Source of the DNA: Eledone cirrhosa
Lineage: Eukaryota
NCBI GenBank assembly: GCA_964016885.1
Contig: OZ024741.1
Coordinates: 83,824,001-83,888,000, forward strand
Length of the DNA stretch: 64,000 nucleotides
Reading direction: 5' to 3'
Shown piece after piece: positions 1-12,299 of this stretch (positions are counted from its first letter, which is position 1; the number at the start of each line of letters is the position of its first letter). The translations under genes were made by a program, and so were the position numbers. The notes under the pieces are model-generated. The model was not told the origin of the DNA. It did not search any database and saw nothing but the letters and a program-made list of their open reading frames with translations.

Positions 1-38
<38 letters not shown>

Positions 39-40
<2 letters not shown>

Positions 41-199
41 AAAGGTAAACAGAAATAACAAGACAATCGGTACAGTATATGGAATGGATATATTAGGTTA
101 ATGATAGATCAGGAAGAGGGTCTTAACGTTTCGGACGCTGGTCCTTCGTCAGAAGAAAGAATGAGAAATAAGTTAGATTATGGGGACGGGCGGGATGGA

Positions 200-200
<1 letters not shown>
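39..200 (-). mobile_element. 3' pLTR fragment of a Neptune-type Penelope-like element, between (TA)n tracts
   Basis: Reverse complement resembles the 3' end of the Neptune element at 8740-8860 (ttctttcttctg..ga.ggac..gtcc.aaac...ctcttcctg...tactg.accgat..gttatttctgttta); contains an HHR. Confidence 0.7.
121..155 (-). ncRNA. Minimal type I hammerhead ribozyme
   Basis: Minus strand: UCUU-CUGACGA-A-GGAC(cagc)GUCC-GAAA-CG-UU-AAGA; stem I UCUU/AAGA, stem II 4 bp, palindromic AACGUU at stem III. Confidence 0.7.
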
Positions 201-260
<60 letters not shown>

Positions 261-779
261 TAAATAAACGTGTGTGTGTATGTGTGTCATAGTTTAAGTC
301 ACTCATCTTACACACGATCTCTAATGAAGGAGAAACAATGTCGTTAATCACCAGAAACCTGCACAGCTTAAACAGACTGAAGTGTTCTAAATATTTCTTT
401 TATTTACTTTGTATTACTCATGCTTTTGATTTATTCATAATTACAGGGGGAAAGAAACCGCAAGAGAGCTCTTTCAAACACCTGAGCCGACCGAGTAATC
501 TGCGATATTGTGTGTGCTTCTGTAATGGAAGGCATGCTGGTAGGACTGTTTCGGAAAAGCATGGAACACAAGGTACGGATGATCTTTCTAGATAGGGTGG
601 TAAATTAATAGATATGTATGTGACTATTAGCCAAGGTTGTGTCTGCACACTGATGACAACCAATGTTAGTACTGAGGAAGGATGACCAGATTTAGTTCTG
701 CGTCGAGACGTCTTTTATAACATTCCACTCTTTCCTGTTATTAGAGTAATGTAATGGCATATTTGATGCCCAAAGGGAT

Positions 780-2130
780 TAGTTGTGAGTTGCAAATATT
801 TGGTGGTATTCCCTCAAGAGGTCTATGCGTAATAGAATCACTAGCTTGAGGTAAAGAGGTAACAATAGTAAAATATAGCAGGTTGGGGAGTTAGCAAAAC
901 TAGAAGAAGCAATTAGGAGTGACATTGCAACCGACAGGCTAGATACGAGAAGGGTTATGGACAATTTCCTCAATGCGAAACACGATGAATGCATAGTCGG
1001 AGCTGGTGCACGTCTTTTGACACTTAAGTAAACAAAAGCTGTTAAATGAGCCCGAGTAGCAGAGGTGCAGCATGTGAAGAAAACTCCAATTCAGACATTT
1101 TTGGACAAAGATGGATGCATGCTACTTGATTTAAAGCAGATCCGTGCGGTTCCTCGGCGTCTCTTTGAAATTATGATTGGGAAAAGCAGGAGTACGGAGA
1201 CGTTATCGGTCTAAAAGTGCATACCTTGTAGGCGTGCCTGGATTCTCTACCGAAAATACGGCACATAACTCTGTGCAACACAGAATTTAAGAATTTGACC
1301 AGAATGCTAGCAAGTTAGTTGGTGAAATGTGTATCAGGTTTCATCGGGGAAACACAGACATGCGTACTCAAAGACGTGGCAGACCTGCTTCGGCTTACAT
1401 AGATGACGTTACCGTGATATTGTCGAACACCTCGCAACTCGACGTCGTCGACAGCATCTTAGAGAAACTGAAAAAGTTGACGGGATAAAAAATCAACTCA
1501 TAAATGTTCGTGAGTTTGAAGCGCGGTACCTGGAATGGCAAATATAAGTTGTTCAACAGCTTCGTGTGAAGCTGACTGAATGAACCGATATATTTGCTAG
1601 CGTATAGTTTTGTCCGGACATCCTTGTGGATAGAAATTGAGTTAAGGTGATGAGCAGTGCGATCACCTCTTATAAATTTATCACTTACGGATCGGGTGGA
1701 GTTGTCGAACGCGTATATCGCATCTGTTATATGTTACCACATGAACGCCGTGCATTGCCCCAATTCGAATCTGACCAGATTGCAGCTTCTGCTCCCCCGT
1801 TGTGTGTCCGACAGGTTGCATTATCAGATGGTCCATTTCCTACCAACACACTTTGGCTTGGCATTCCGTGGCTGATGATGTTTCTCCCTCTAATAGAGCT
1901 GCAGTCTTGCCTCTCAACAACCAAGACTGGGCGGGTGGCATCTGGAATTTGTTCAGGGATCGCAGCTCTTTAGCATTTTGGAAAAGCGGTCAGTGACATT
2001 TCCATGTTAGTATTTTTTGGATGATTAGTGATGGGGCGAATCGATGATGCTCTCGGAATAACTCTAATTCTCGACCAAAAAATCAAACACACTGCTCCAG
2101 AATGGATGCTATCTAAGGACAAATCTCAGT
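780..2130 (+). pseudogene. Highly degenerate Tx1/L1-clade ORF2 fragment
   Basis: Remnants YIDDVTV (about 1396-1416), SNAYIASVICY and LGIPWLMM match the Tx1 copies at 26-29 kb and 46-50 kb; many stops and deletions. Confidence 0.65.
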
Positions 2131-2139
2131 AATTGCATA

Positions 2140-3130
2140 AATATTTTTTTAAACTTCTTCGAGAAATACATAAATAAAATATGTAAATAAACAAATAAAT
2201 GACATCATGAAATAAAATAATTGAATAAAAATCAATTTAACTAATAAAGAGATAAATAAACAAATAAAGAATTAAAATACATAAAACAGTATAAAGCAAA
2301 AGAAAAAGAAAGTAAGTGAATGAAATAATTATAATCAAATGAATGAGGTAATTGAATATACAAAATGATACAATATATAATATAAAAAGCACAATTACAT
2401 AAATAATTATATTAAACAAGTATGAATATTAATTGTAGTAAATGAATTCAATAGATTAATGAAATGAAATTATATAAACAACTAAATCTATATTTAAAAT
2501 ATATAAGTGACTTGAAATTAGAAAGAAAGAAAGAAAAGACATAAACAACAGTTAAATTAAAACATAAATAACTAAAATGTATAAAAACTACATATCAATA
2601 TTATAATATATAAGAAATGAATATATGAAGAAATAATTTTTAAATATGTAAAATATGAATAAAATATAAATATGAAATATATTAATGCATAGATAAATCC
2701 AATCAATATAATTAATTATATTCATAGTATTTACAAAAAATATTTAATAACAAATAATTGAAGAATGGAAAATGCCGCAGAATGAAAATAAAAAAACATA
2801 TTGTAATAAAATCGTTAAAAGAAATATCCAAATAAAAGAAAATCGAAATGACTAAAATAAATAAAAAGGAAAAGAAAAAAGCTAACGAAATAAAATAATG
2901 AGAGAAAGAAAGAAGAAGAAAAGAAAGAATAAAGGGGATAGATCGAATGAAAAGTGTAACAAAGATAAAAGTGATAAAGAGATTATAACAGAAACGGGGG
3001 CAATAAAAAAAAGACACTGAAATAAAGAATGAAATAAAAACTAACAAAAAAAGAAATCATAAAAAAAAGATAGAAAACGAAATAAAGAAGGTTTTAAGAG
3101 AGAAAAAGATTCGGAAACTGAAGGATAAAT
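2140..3130. repeat. A-rich low-complexity tract
   Basis: Very AT-rich, purine-biased sequence; its ORFs are compositional artefacts. Confidence 0.7.
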
Positions 3131-4269
3131 GGCAAACGTGCTCTTGGCCGAATCGAACTTAGAAAATAAAGAACAAGAATAAATGCGAATAAGCATTGGT
3201 CCCGGTGTTCGAACTATTTAGTAAGTTACTCTGCGAATAAATAAGGATTTCTACTTTAGTTACAAGTCCAGTAATTTGGAAAAGGAAAGCCGTTCGCGGG
3301 GGCATTTGGAATCAATATGTAAAAAGACGGTAACTAAATGTTGCAAATCATTTTGTCCAGCGTTATACAAATACTGTCAATCTACTATCCTTAAAAGGAA
3401 AAAATTATGAAAACAAGAAACAAAGAAACTAAAAGAAAGGCAGCTCGAAAGAAATGACGCATTCTAGCGAATTATAAACTATACAGATGGTGATTCTAAC
3501 TGTAGAATATGCAGCTTAAATCAACCTCAGAAAAAAGAAAACGATATTAACAATAATGTTTTGAACCGATAAATCAATAAAATATTCTATATATGTATAT
3601 ACATGATTTACTTGCACAAAAATATTATTGTAAATATTTTTCAACCATTTGCATTTTAGATTTTACTTTTGTCATATTTGTAGTTTTATTTTGATATGTA
3701 TTTTTCTCTTTTTAATTCGCATTTTGTATTTCATCACTGTCATAACATATATCAGATTCTTTGTACTATTTTTCATGTTGAAAAAGTATATCTCTTTTAC
3801 CTTTTTTTAAGATATCCATCGTCATGTCTATCTAGGAAGATATGAAACATTCTTTAACAATAGATTGCATATAGATTAGGAGCAGCGTTAGCTTTGCTCT
3901 TGCAAAACTAATGGCACTTTCTTTCCTCCAGTTTTTTCTTGATTCGTTTAATTGTACTTTTGTTTGTATATTTTGTTTGATTATATAGACATACTCACAT
4001 ATACATATACATTCAGATATCAATGCACCCAGAAATATATATACACAAACAGACATGAACAAACAGTTAGATAAGAGGGGAATTATTTGCAGATTAATTT
4101 GCTAGACATGACTGGTATTGTATTCCCAGCATTTGTGTGTTTTTGTGCGTGGGCGTATATATATATATATACAAACACACACACATATATATATATATAT
4201 TCATATAAGTATGCATACGTACACATATATACATAGACACATATATCACATACATAAGTACGTATGGGT

Positions 4270-4302
<33 letters not shown>

Positions 4303-4540
4303 GATGGCGTAGGACAGAACAAAAGAGAGGCACAAAAACAAAGAAAATAATCCCCAGTCACTGAAGAGGTCACAGCATGTGTGACGAAAGAACTTTGACA
4401 ATATATAAACTATCATCTGGTTGTGGAACCAACCAACCAACCGGAAATTCATAAATTTATTATAATAAATTGAAGTGAAAGCAAATGGTGCGTGTGTTTC
4501 TTATTGGCAACATGACCCTCCCAAAGTATAACAATATATA
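4303..4540 (+). mobile_element. Short HHR-bearing non-autonomous PLE-type element; related copy at 11215-11470
   Basis: Near-identical to 11215-11470; flanked by (TA)n. Confidence 0.7.
4357..4399 (+). ncRNA. Minimal type I hammerhead ribozyme
   Basis: GUCA-CUGAAGA-G-GUCACA(gcaug)UGUGAC-GAAA-GAAC-UU-UGAC; stems I and II pair. Confidence 0.7.
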
Positions 4541-5781
4541 TATATATATATATATATATTCAAAAGAATGACCAGAAAACAATATTTTGATATGCGAAAC
4601 AAATTGTTTTAAATTCTCAAAAAAATCTACATCTTTTATATTTATTGATAATACAAAACTTTCATTTTGAAAATGGGTGCGTGTTACAACTATATGTAGG
4701 AACACAGTACTTGGTTGGCTTCTCAGTAAATATTATTTCATTGATTTATGCCCTAGATGAAATATTTTCTCTAATTCGAGTAAATATTCGTATACCAAAT
4801 TCCATTCATAGAGATTGGTTAACCATATGCTATAGTAGATGCCACTTACCAACTATGACACAGGAAGGAAATAATCTGTAACTAAGTTATTTTGAACTCC
4901 TTAACCACATATCCGGCTTGATTTCTTTGCTTAAATTATTTACAGTGATGAGTGTTTGGGACGAAGTAATTGAAGTTTAGCCTATATACCATTAATTAGG
5001 AATTTATTAGAATGAGTGTTTATTTCATTCTTGTTTATGTGCTGATGTGTGTTCCTCAGACTAACATATTTTCTTGCTTTCGTTACTACATGTTTACATA
5101 AGCAACAAATGGTATCTAATTAATTGTAACGCTACAAAAAAGAATAATAATTATTTAAATTAATAGTGAATACGAATATATTGTAGCACGTTGCTATCCT
5201 TGTTCGTAATGCTATTGTTTGTTCGTCGTTGACATTGCTGTTGTTCTTGTTTTTTATTGTTTGTTTTTTGTTCTAGTTGTAGCATGAGTAATTTCTTACA
5301 AATCAGATACATCTCTTTCTAACAATAGGCATTAATGAGCCATTTAGTATAAATAGGATCCAGGTGGTATATAAGAAATATATATGAGAAAGGTTGAGAG
5401 TATGTGTATATATATATGTGTGTGTTTGTGCCGGTATATTTAAATAGAAAGACAAGGCGGTCGATTTGGCAAATACTACAAGGCGTTCGATATTTGTTCA
5501 TTGTGTTCCACTTTTCTGTGATCTAATTTGCATTTCTTGCTCTCAGAGGAGACAAAATGTGTCAGTCTGTTGCTCGTGATACTCATGATCGTACCAACTG
5601 TCCCATGCTGTATATTACGCTCAATAATGTGAGGATGAGACGATGGGGTATCTACGTGTACATACGACTGCATGGACCCCCCCCCCCCTTCCCCGCCATA
5701 TACATATATATAAATATACATGCATATATGTATGTCCATATATACATATATATGTATGTATATATATAAATATATATATAT

Positions 5782-6470
5782 GGAAAAAATGAAATTGCAT
5801 TTCTCACTCTTAGTACGGCTGATACTTAAATATAAGTATGTATACGTACATACATATATGTATACAGACGTACAGTAGCATGTATATACATACATGCACA
5901 CATATATATATGTACGTATGGGTTTACCAAACATTTATTATAATGCTCGGTTTGTTTGTGAACAAACATCCCAAATTATTAGCCGTAGAGTGTTCGGCAA
6001 CCATCGCTGCCCTTTTGTTCAACACTGACAAAGGAACGATGAACTAGTTTCTAGCTTATTAGCTGTCATCAGCACCGTATACCTTCCTGTCAGTCGATTG
6101 AACGTTTGAAAATATATACTTTCCTTATGCATATTAACGGCTGAGCAGCCTAATTTGCATATCGAGTGAGTTAGCCGGCTGGGTGTACCGAAAATGATAA
6201 ATGGAAAAAATGAAATTTCATTTCTCACTTTTAGTACGGCTAATAAGCTAGAAACTAGTTGATCGTTCTTTAGTTAGTGTTGAACAAAAGGGCAGCGATG
6301 GTTGCCGAACACTGTACGGCTAATAATTCGGGCTGTTTGTTTACAAACAAACCAAGCATTATAATAAATGTTCGGTAAACCCATACGTACATATATATAT
6401 GTGCATGTATATATATACATACTATTGTACGTCTGTATACATATATGTATATACGTATACATACTTATAT
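5782..6470 (-). mobile_element. Retrozyme-like element: 421-bp unit with about 45-bp terminal duplication plus inverted copy (6239-6470)
   Basis: ggaaaaaatgaaatt..ttagtacggct at 5782 and 6203; 5830-6063 is inverted relative to 6239-6470; HHR at 6037-6077; octamer at 6153-6160. Confidence 0.75.
6037..6077 (-). ncRNA. Minimal type I hammerhead ribozyme
   Basis: CGGUG-CUGAUGA-C-AGCU(aaua)AGCU-A-GAAA-CUAG-UU-CAUCG; stem I 5 bp, palindromic ACUAGU stem III. Confidence 0.8.
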
Positions 6471-7002
6471 ATATATATGTATGTATGTGCGTGTTTGTGC
6501 GTGTGTGTCTGTGCATGTGTGTGTGTGTGCATGTGTGTGTATGCGTGTGTGTGTCTATATTTAGTTCGAACAATGAAAAGAGAGAGGTTGTGCCTAATTA
6601 TTCACTGCTTTAAGATGTTTCAAAGGGAAACAAAATGAACGAGGATATTAACCATATATTCACTAATAAATAGCAGTTATGTAACTCCAAATTATTAGCC
6701 TGAATACCTTACAGCCATTTTGACATTCATCTTCAGAGACAATGAGTTCCGAAGTTTTATAGAAAATATAGAAATACTATCGTTTAACGGTTAATATAGT
6801 GAAAGCAAGGCTATGCGGAAGACGGGATAGCGAAATGCATTTTTTTTTAATACACATGTAACAAGACAGCACATTTCTAGAAAAAATAAGCCTCGGATAG
6901 TTACGAGGAGATATTCAAAACCACACTACATGTGGTTTTGAACATCTCGTAAGTAATTAGGTAATTAGGTAGAATACTACATATATATAGAGAGAAAGAG
7001 GG

Positions 7003-8860
7003 GCTCTCCAACAGTTTTTAGACTTACGCCCTACCACTTACCCCAGCACTACCACTCTTCTCCATCTGGCTGAGCTTGTTCTCAACCTCAATGGCTTTTT
7101 TTTTCAGGTGAATTCTATCAGCAGGTCTCTAGGGTAGCGAAGGGAACCAGAATGGGTCCAAACTATGACAACTTGTTTGTTGGCTACGTCGAAGCCCAGA
7201 TCTTCTCTCAGTACGCTGGACCCACTCCTGAGCTATACGGTCGTTATATCGACGACTGTATCGGCGCCACCTCACTATCACGAGAACAGCTCCACTGCTT
7301 TCTTTCTTTTGTCCTATCTTTCCTATCCTGCTCTCAATTTCACCGCTTCCACATCCGTTTCTTCTGTTGCTTTTCTAGATATCTCTCTATCTATTAATCA
7401 CTCTCACCACACCCTCTCTACTTCCATCTTCATAAAACCAACAGACTTACAATCTTACCTCGACTTCACCTCCTACCATCCAACACACACCAAACACTCT
7501 ATGCTCTATTCCCAATTCCCCCGTCTTCTTCGGCGCTGTAGCTAGGACCACGATTTCGAAATCCATTCCCTTCGCATGGCTTCCTGCTTCATCCAGCGTG
7601 GATATCCCCCCACCCAACCCTGATCCAAGCTGCTCTCACCTTCGTCTACACCACAGCACTCTCACCTCACCCCCACCCTCCCAATATCCGCGTTCCTTTC
7701 CCTCTCACCTACCACCTCATCACCCTACCACTTCGGCGACATATCCTCGGTTCCTTTCGCATCCTCTCTTCTGACCCCGTCACTTCTCGCTTTTTTCCAA
7801 ACCCACCCATTACTTCTTTTAAGCGCACTTGCAACCTCCACGACCTCCTGGTTCACAGTTCCTTCTCGTCCTCTCCCACGACTCCACCCGGCTCGCATCG
7901 TTGTTCCCGTTCCCGCTGCAACACTTGTGCCTTCATTTCCACCCTCACCACTCTTACAGGCCCTAACAGGTCTTTCCGTATCCGCCACACTTTCACCTGT
8001 ACATCCACACACGTCTATACCCTTCGGTGTTCCCTTTGCAGGTCTTTATACATCAGAAAAACCGGACGCCGTATGGCGAACCGTTTTGTCGTGCATTTGA
8101 GGGACATACAACTCGTTTTGGATACTCCTGTCGCCCGTCATTTTTGTTCTCCTACTCATTCTTCCCTACATGTTTCAGTCCTGAGTGTCCTTTTACATCA
8201 TGGATCACAGGCCTCGCGCACTAGGACTGAACAAAGTCTGATTCACCGCCTTGGGTCCTATCCCCTCTTGGACTCAACTCACCTTCCCAATTTGTCTAAT
8301 ACCCCGTCCATTAGCACACTCCTAGATTCCTATCGCTTTCTCTTGATCATTAACATCTTGTCTTTCAACTAATACAGGCCGACTATATATGCTCACTCCT
8401 CTTTTCCATTCACTGCTCTATATACACACCTACACACCACATACTTTTGCTCATAGCTTCGTACTTACATGCACAGACACACTTTTACTCAGATAGGCAC
8501 ACACATATTTCTTCTTAGCTTCGTACGGACGTATAATAACACACACACACACATCCTTACACACGTGCACAAGTATAGCTCTTTTTCATGAGTGTTTTTT
8601 TTTTCCATTTCAGGTAGACGCGCTCCATCATCCACTTTTCTAAAAAATAAATCATACACAAAACGCCAACACCAACAGTTTTGCAAGAGTTGTCAACATA
8701 ATGGACCTTTTATTTTTATCTAAATACATTTTTTCCTATTCCAACCCGCCCCCGTCCCCTCGTTCTTTCTTCTGGTGATGGACTAGAGTCCAAACCTAGA
8801 TACTCTTCCTGCTACATACTGAACCGATGTGTTGTTATTTCTGTTTAATTTTACATATAT
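7003..8860 (+). mobile_element. Neptune-clade Penelope-like element, 5'-truncated and disrupted (RT + GIY-YIG + pLTR)
   Basis: GTRMGPNYDNLFVGYVE, RYIDD, KPTD..YLDFTSYHP, SQFPRL; Cys linker (RCNTC), NRFVVHLRDI..PVARHF; degenerate HHR at about 8768-8800. Confidence 0.85.
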
Positions 8861-8902
8861 ATATGTATATATGTAATCTGAGTTTTTCGAATATTAATAA
8901 TT

Positions 8903-9078
8903 GTTTCTACTTTTGGCACAAGGCCAGAAATTATCCCATTGTATTACTGGTACTTTATTTTATCGACCCCTTAAGGATGAAAGGCAAAGTTAACCTCGGC
9001 GAGATTTAAACTCAGAACATAAAGGGCCGTAACTCTTTGCTGCAAAGCATGGCTTCCGACCCTCTACCGATACTGCCA
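8903..9078 (-). mobile_element. tRNA-derived SINE with Meta-like central domain
   Basis: Minus strand: A box TGGCAGTATCGG, B-box-like GAGTTTAAATC, then ttaactttgcctttcatcc..ggggtcgataaaataaagtaccagt. Confidence 0.8.
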
Positions 9079-9140
9079 TTCCAAACATTCGATTCGTTTG
9101 AAATTATACAAACAATCCTCACTTTTAAAGCTATGTCAGT

Positions 9141-9238
9141 AGAATGAACCCTTCATTCTTGCTATGGTGTTGGCATGTAAACAGAACTGCAGTACTGTTT
9201 ACATGCCAACACAAGAGCAAGAATGAAGGGTTCCTTCT
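9141..9238. repeat. About 100-bp fold-back palindrome
   Basis: gaacccttcattcttgct..tgttggcatgtaaacag / ctgtttacatgccaaca..agcaagaatgaagggttc. Confidence 0.8.
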
Positions 9239-9255
9239 AGGTATATACACAATAG

Positions 9256-9326
<71 letters not shown>

Positions 9327-10045
9327 TACACGGGTGTGTATGATTCTGTATAGAAGATTATATTAATAAAAGGAATTCCAACTTTGTCTGATTTACTTGT
9401 TTTATTTACAATCCTTTAAAATGATAATGATATTAGAATGAAATAGTATGGTAGAATATTAAATGTTAAGTGTTAATTGAACAAGTACTTTCATGCTTTC
9501 GCAATCTTCAGGTTCAATTATGTGGTGACAGTCAAGTTTGCAATTTTCAACTGTAATGAGATGGGTAAATTTTGTGCCTTATATTCAGTGAAAAGTGGCT
9601 ACAGAATGCTACATTTTCCAAACTGTATTTCGACCAATCGGTGTGTAGTTTCACTGGATTACTAAAGCTGATTGGTTTAGGCGTCACGGTTGGTTGAGTA
9701 TGTCTAACGACTTCTATTTGACCCTATCTAAAGCATCAATTGTTTTGCTATTTTTAGAAATGATGAAAATAGCATTTTCTAGTAATCATCACCATCAACA
9801 TCACTTTTATTATTATTACTGTTGTTGTTGTTAGTGGTGGTAGTCTACATGGTTGTAGTCATAGTCATATTAGGAGTAATTCCCCATTATTATTGTTCAT
9901 TTAGCTTGGGTTGGAATTCATCAATAAAATTATTTTCTTTGATTGTTCTCTTGATTTCACTTGGCCTGTGTAATTTGTAGAATGGAAATACAATTATTTT
10001 CTGACCACATGTTGCTAGATGGTTACTCAGCGGTATATATATTTG

Positions 10046-10157
<112 letters not shown>

Positions 10158-10172
10158 ATTATGTATGTATAT

Positions 10173-10822
<650 letters not shown>

Positions 10823-10919
10823 GTGTGTGTGTAAGCACACACAGCTAGGTAGGTAACTAATTAAATTTTAAATAGAACTTCAAATATAGATATCTTTTAA
10901 AATTATTAATCTTCCTTGT

Positions 10920-11520
10920 ATATATTTCATTAAAGAAATATATTTCACCATTTTGGGGATATATATATTTCGTTTCTGAATTTGTTTAGCAAGATTCTTT
11001 ATCTGAAAACTTGTGTGGAAACCGATATTGTTATGCTTTGGAAGGGTAATGTTGCCTATAAGAAACACACTCACCAGATGCATTCACTCTAATTTATTAT
11101 AAGTTAAATGTATTGTGACCTCTTCAGTGACTGGGGATTCTGTTCTTTGTTTTTGTACCTCTCCTTTGTTCTGTCCTACGCCATCTTGTTTTTGTGGCAT
11201 AGGACAGAACAAGATGGCGTAGGACAGAACAAGATGGAGAGGCACAAAAACAAAGAAAATAATCCCCAGTTACTGAAGAGGTCACATAATGTGTGACGAA
11301 AGAACTTTGACAATATATGAACAACCGTCTGGTTGTTGAACCAACCAACCAACCGGAAATTTATAAATTCTTAAATTTATAAATTTAACTTATAATAAAT
11401 TGGAGTGAAAGCAACTGGTGCTTGTGTTTCTTATTGGCAACATGACCCTCCCAAAGCATAACAAGATATATATATATATCCCCAAAATGGTGAAATATAT
11501 TTCTCTAATGAAAAATATAC
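10920..11520. mobile_element. Inverted pair of the 4.3-kb HHR element; HHR at 11269-11311 (+)
   Basis: 10920-11190 is the reverse complement of parts of 11215-11515; GUUA-CUGAAGA-G-GUCACA..UGUGAC-GAAAGAACUU-UGAC. Confidence 0.7.
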
Positions 11521-12130
11521 ATTTGAATAGGTAAATATTTATATTATATTTTTTAATTTTGATTTATTTTAATTGTATATTAATTTTGATTTATTTTGAA
11601 AAATTGGTTGAATTTTACTTGTTCTGCTTATCTTGATATTATGTTCTGGTATATCAAATTATTACCATAGAACCACCTTAAATCATAGACACACTATATA
11701 TTTCCGGGGGTACATTGTACCCTCAGATATATATTAACCTTATTCAATAATCTCCAGTATGTAGAGATAAATTTTGTCGTTCTATTTAGTTGCTAAAAAT
11801 CTTTTTTAGTAGCGATCATAGACGGCTAGTCTACGATTTCCCGCCTTCACTATACACCAATGTATTTACGGGTCACTTTCACGACCTTTCAGACCTGTAT
11901 TAGTTGGAGTGAGGTCATATATTTTGTCGGTCCTGGGGTTTTTAACCCTAGGACAGGAAAATGCTTCTCTGATGATCGTTGCTTTTCCATTAATATCCTC
12001 GTGATATTTAATGTTTTGCACCGTGAAACTGTACAGTTAGGGCCATTTGAATAGGTAAATATTTATATTATATTTTTTAATTTTGATTTATTTTGAAAAA
12101 TTGGTTGAATTTTACTTGTACTGCTTATCT

Positions 12131-12135
<5 letters not shown>
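11521..12135 (+). mobile_element. About 525-bp unit with terminal direct repeat and an HHR at 11965-12042
   Basis: atttgaataggtaaatattt..cttatcttgatat at 11521 and 12046; CUGAUGA (11969)..long stem II..GAAA-CUGUACAG-UU. Confidence 0.6.
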
Positions 12136-12189
<54 letters not shown>

Positions 12190-12258
12190 AAAATGTATGA
12201 CCCCCGACGTTTCGAGGGGTTATTTCTGAACTGAAATAGCAGTCGAAACGGCTTGAGC

Positions 12259-12296
<38 letters not shown>

Positions 12297-12299
<3 letters not shown>

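Noticed and set aside
670-712. ctgagga..gagacgtc HHR-like motif (similar cases at about 20340-20385, 20850-20925 and 33268-33327)
   Set aside because: Several core mismatches; cannot be supported by eye
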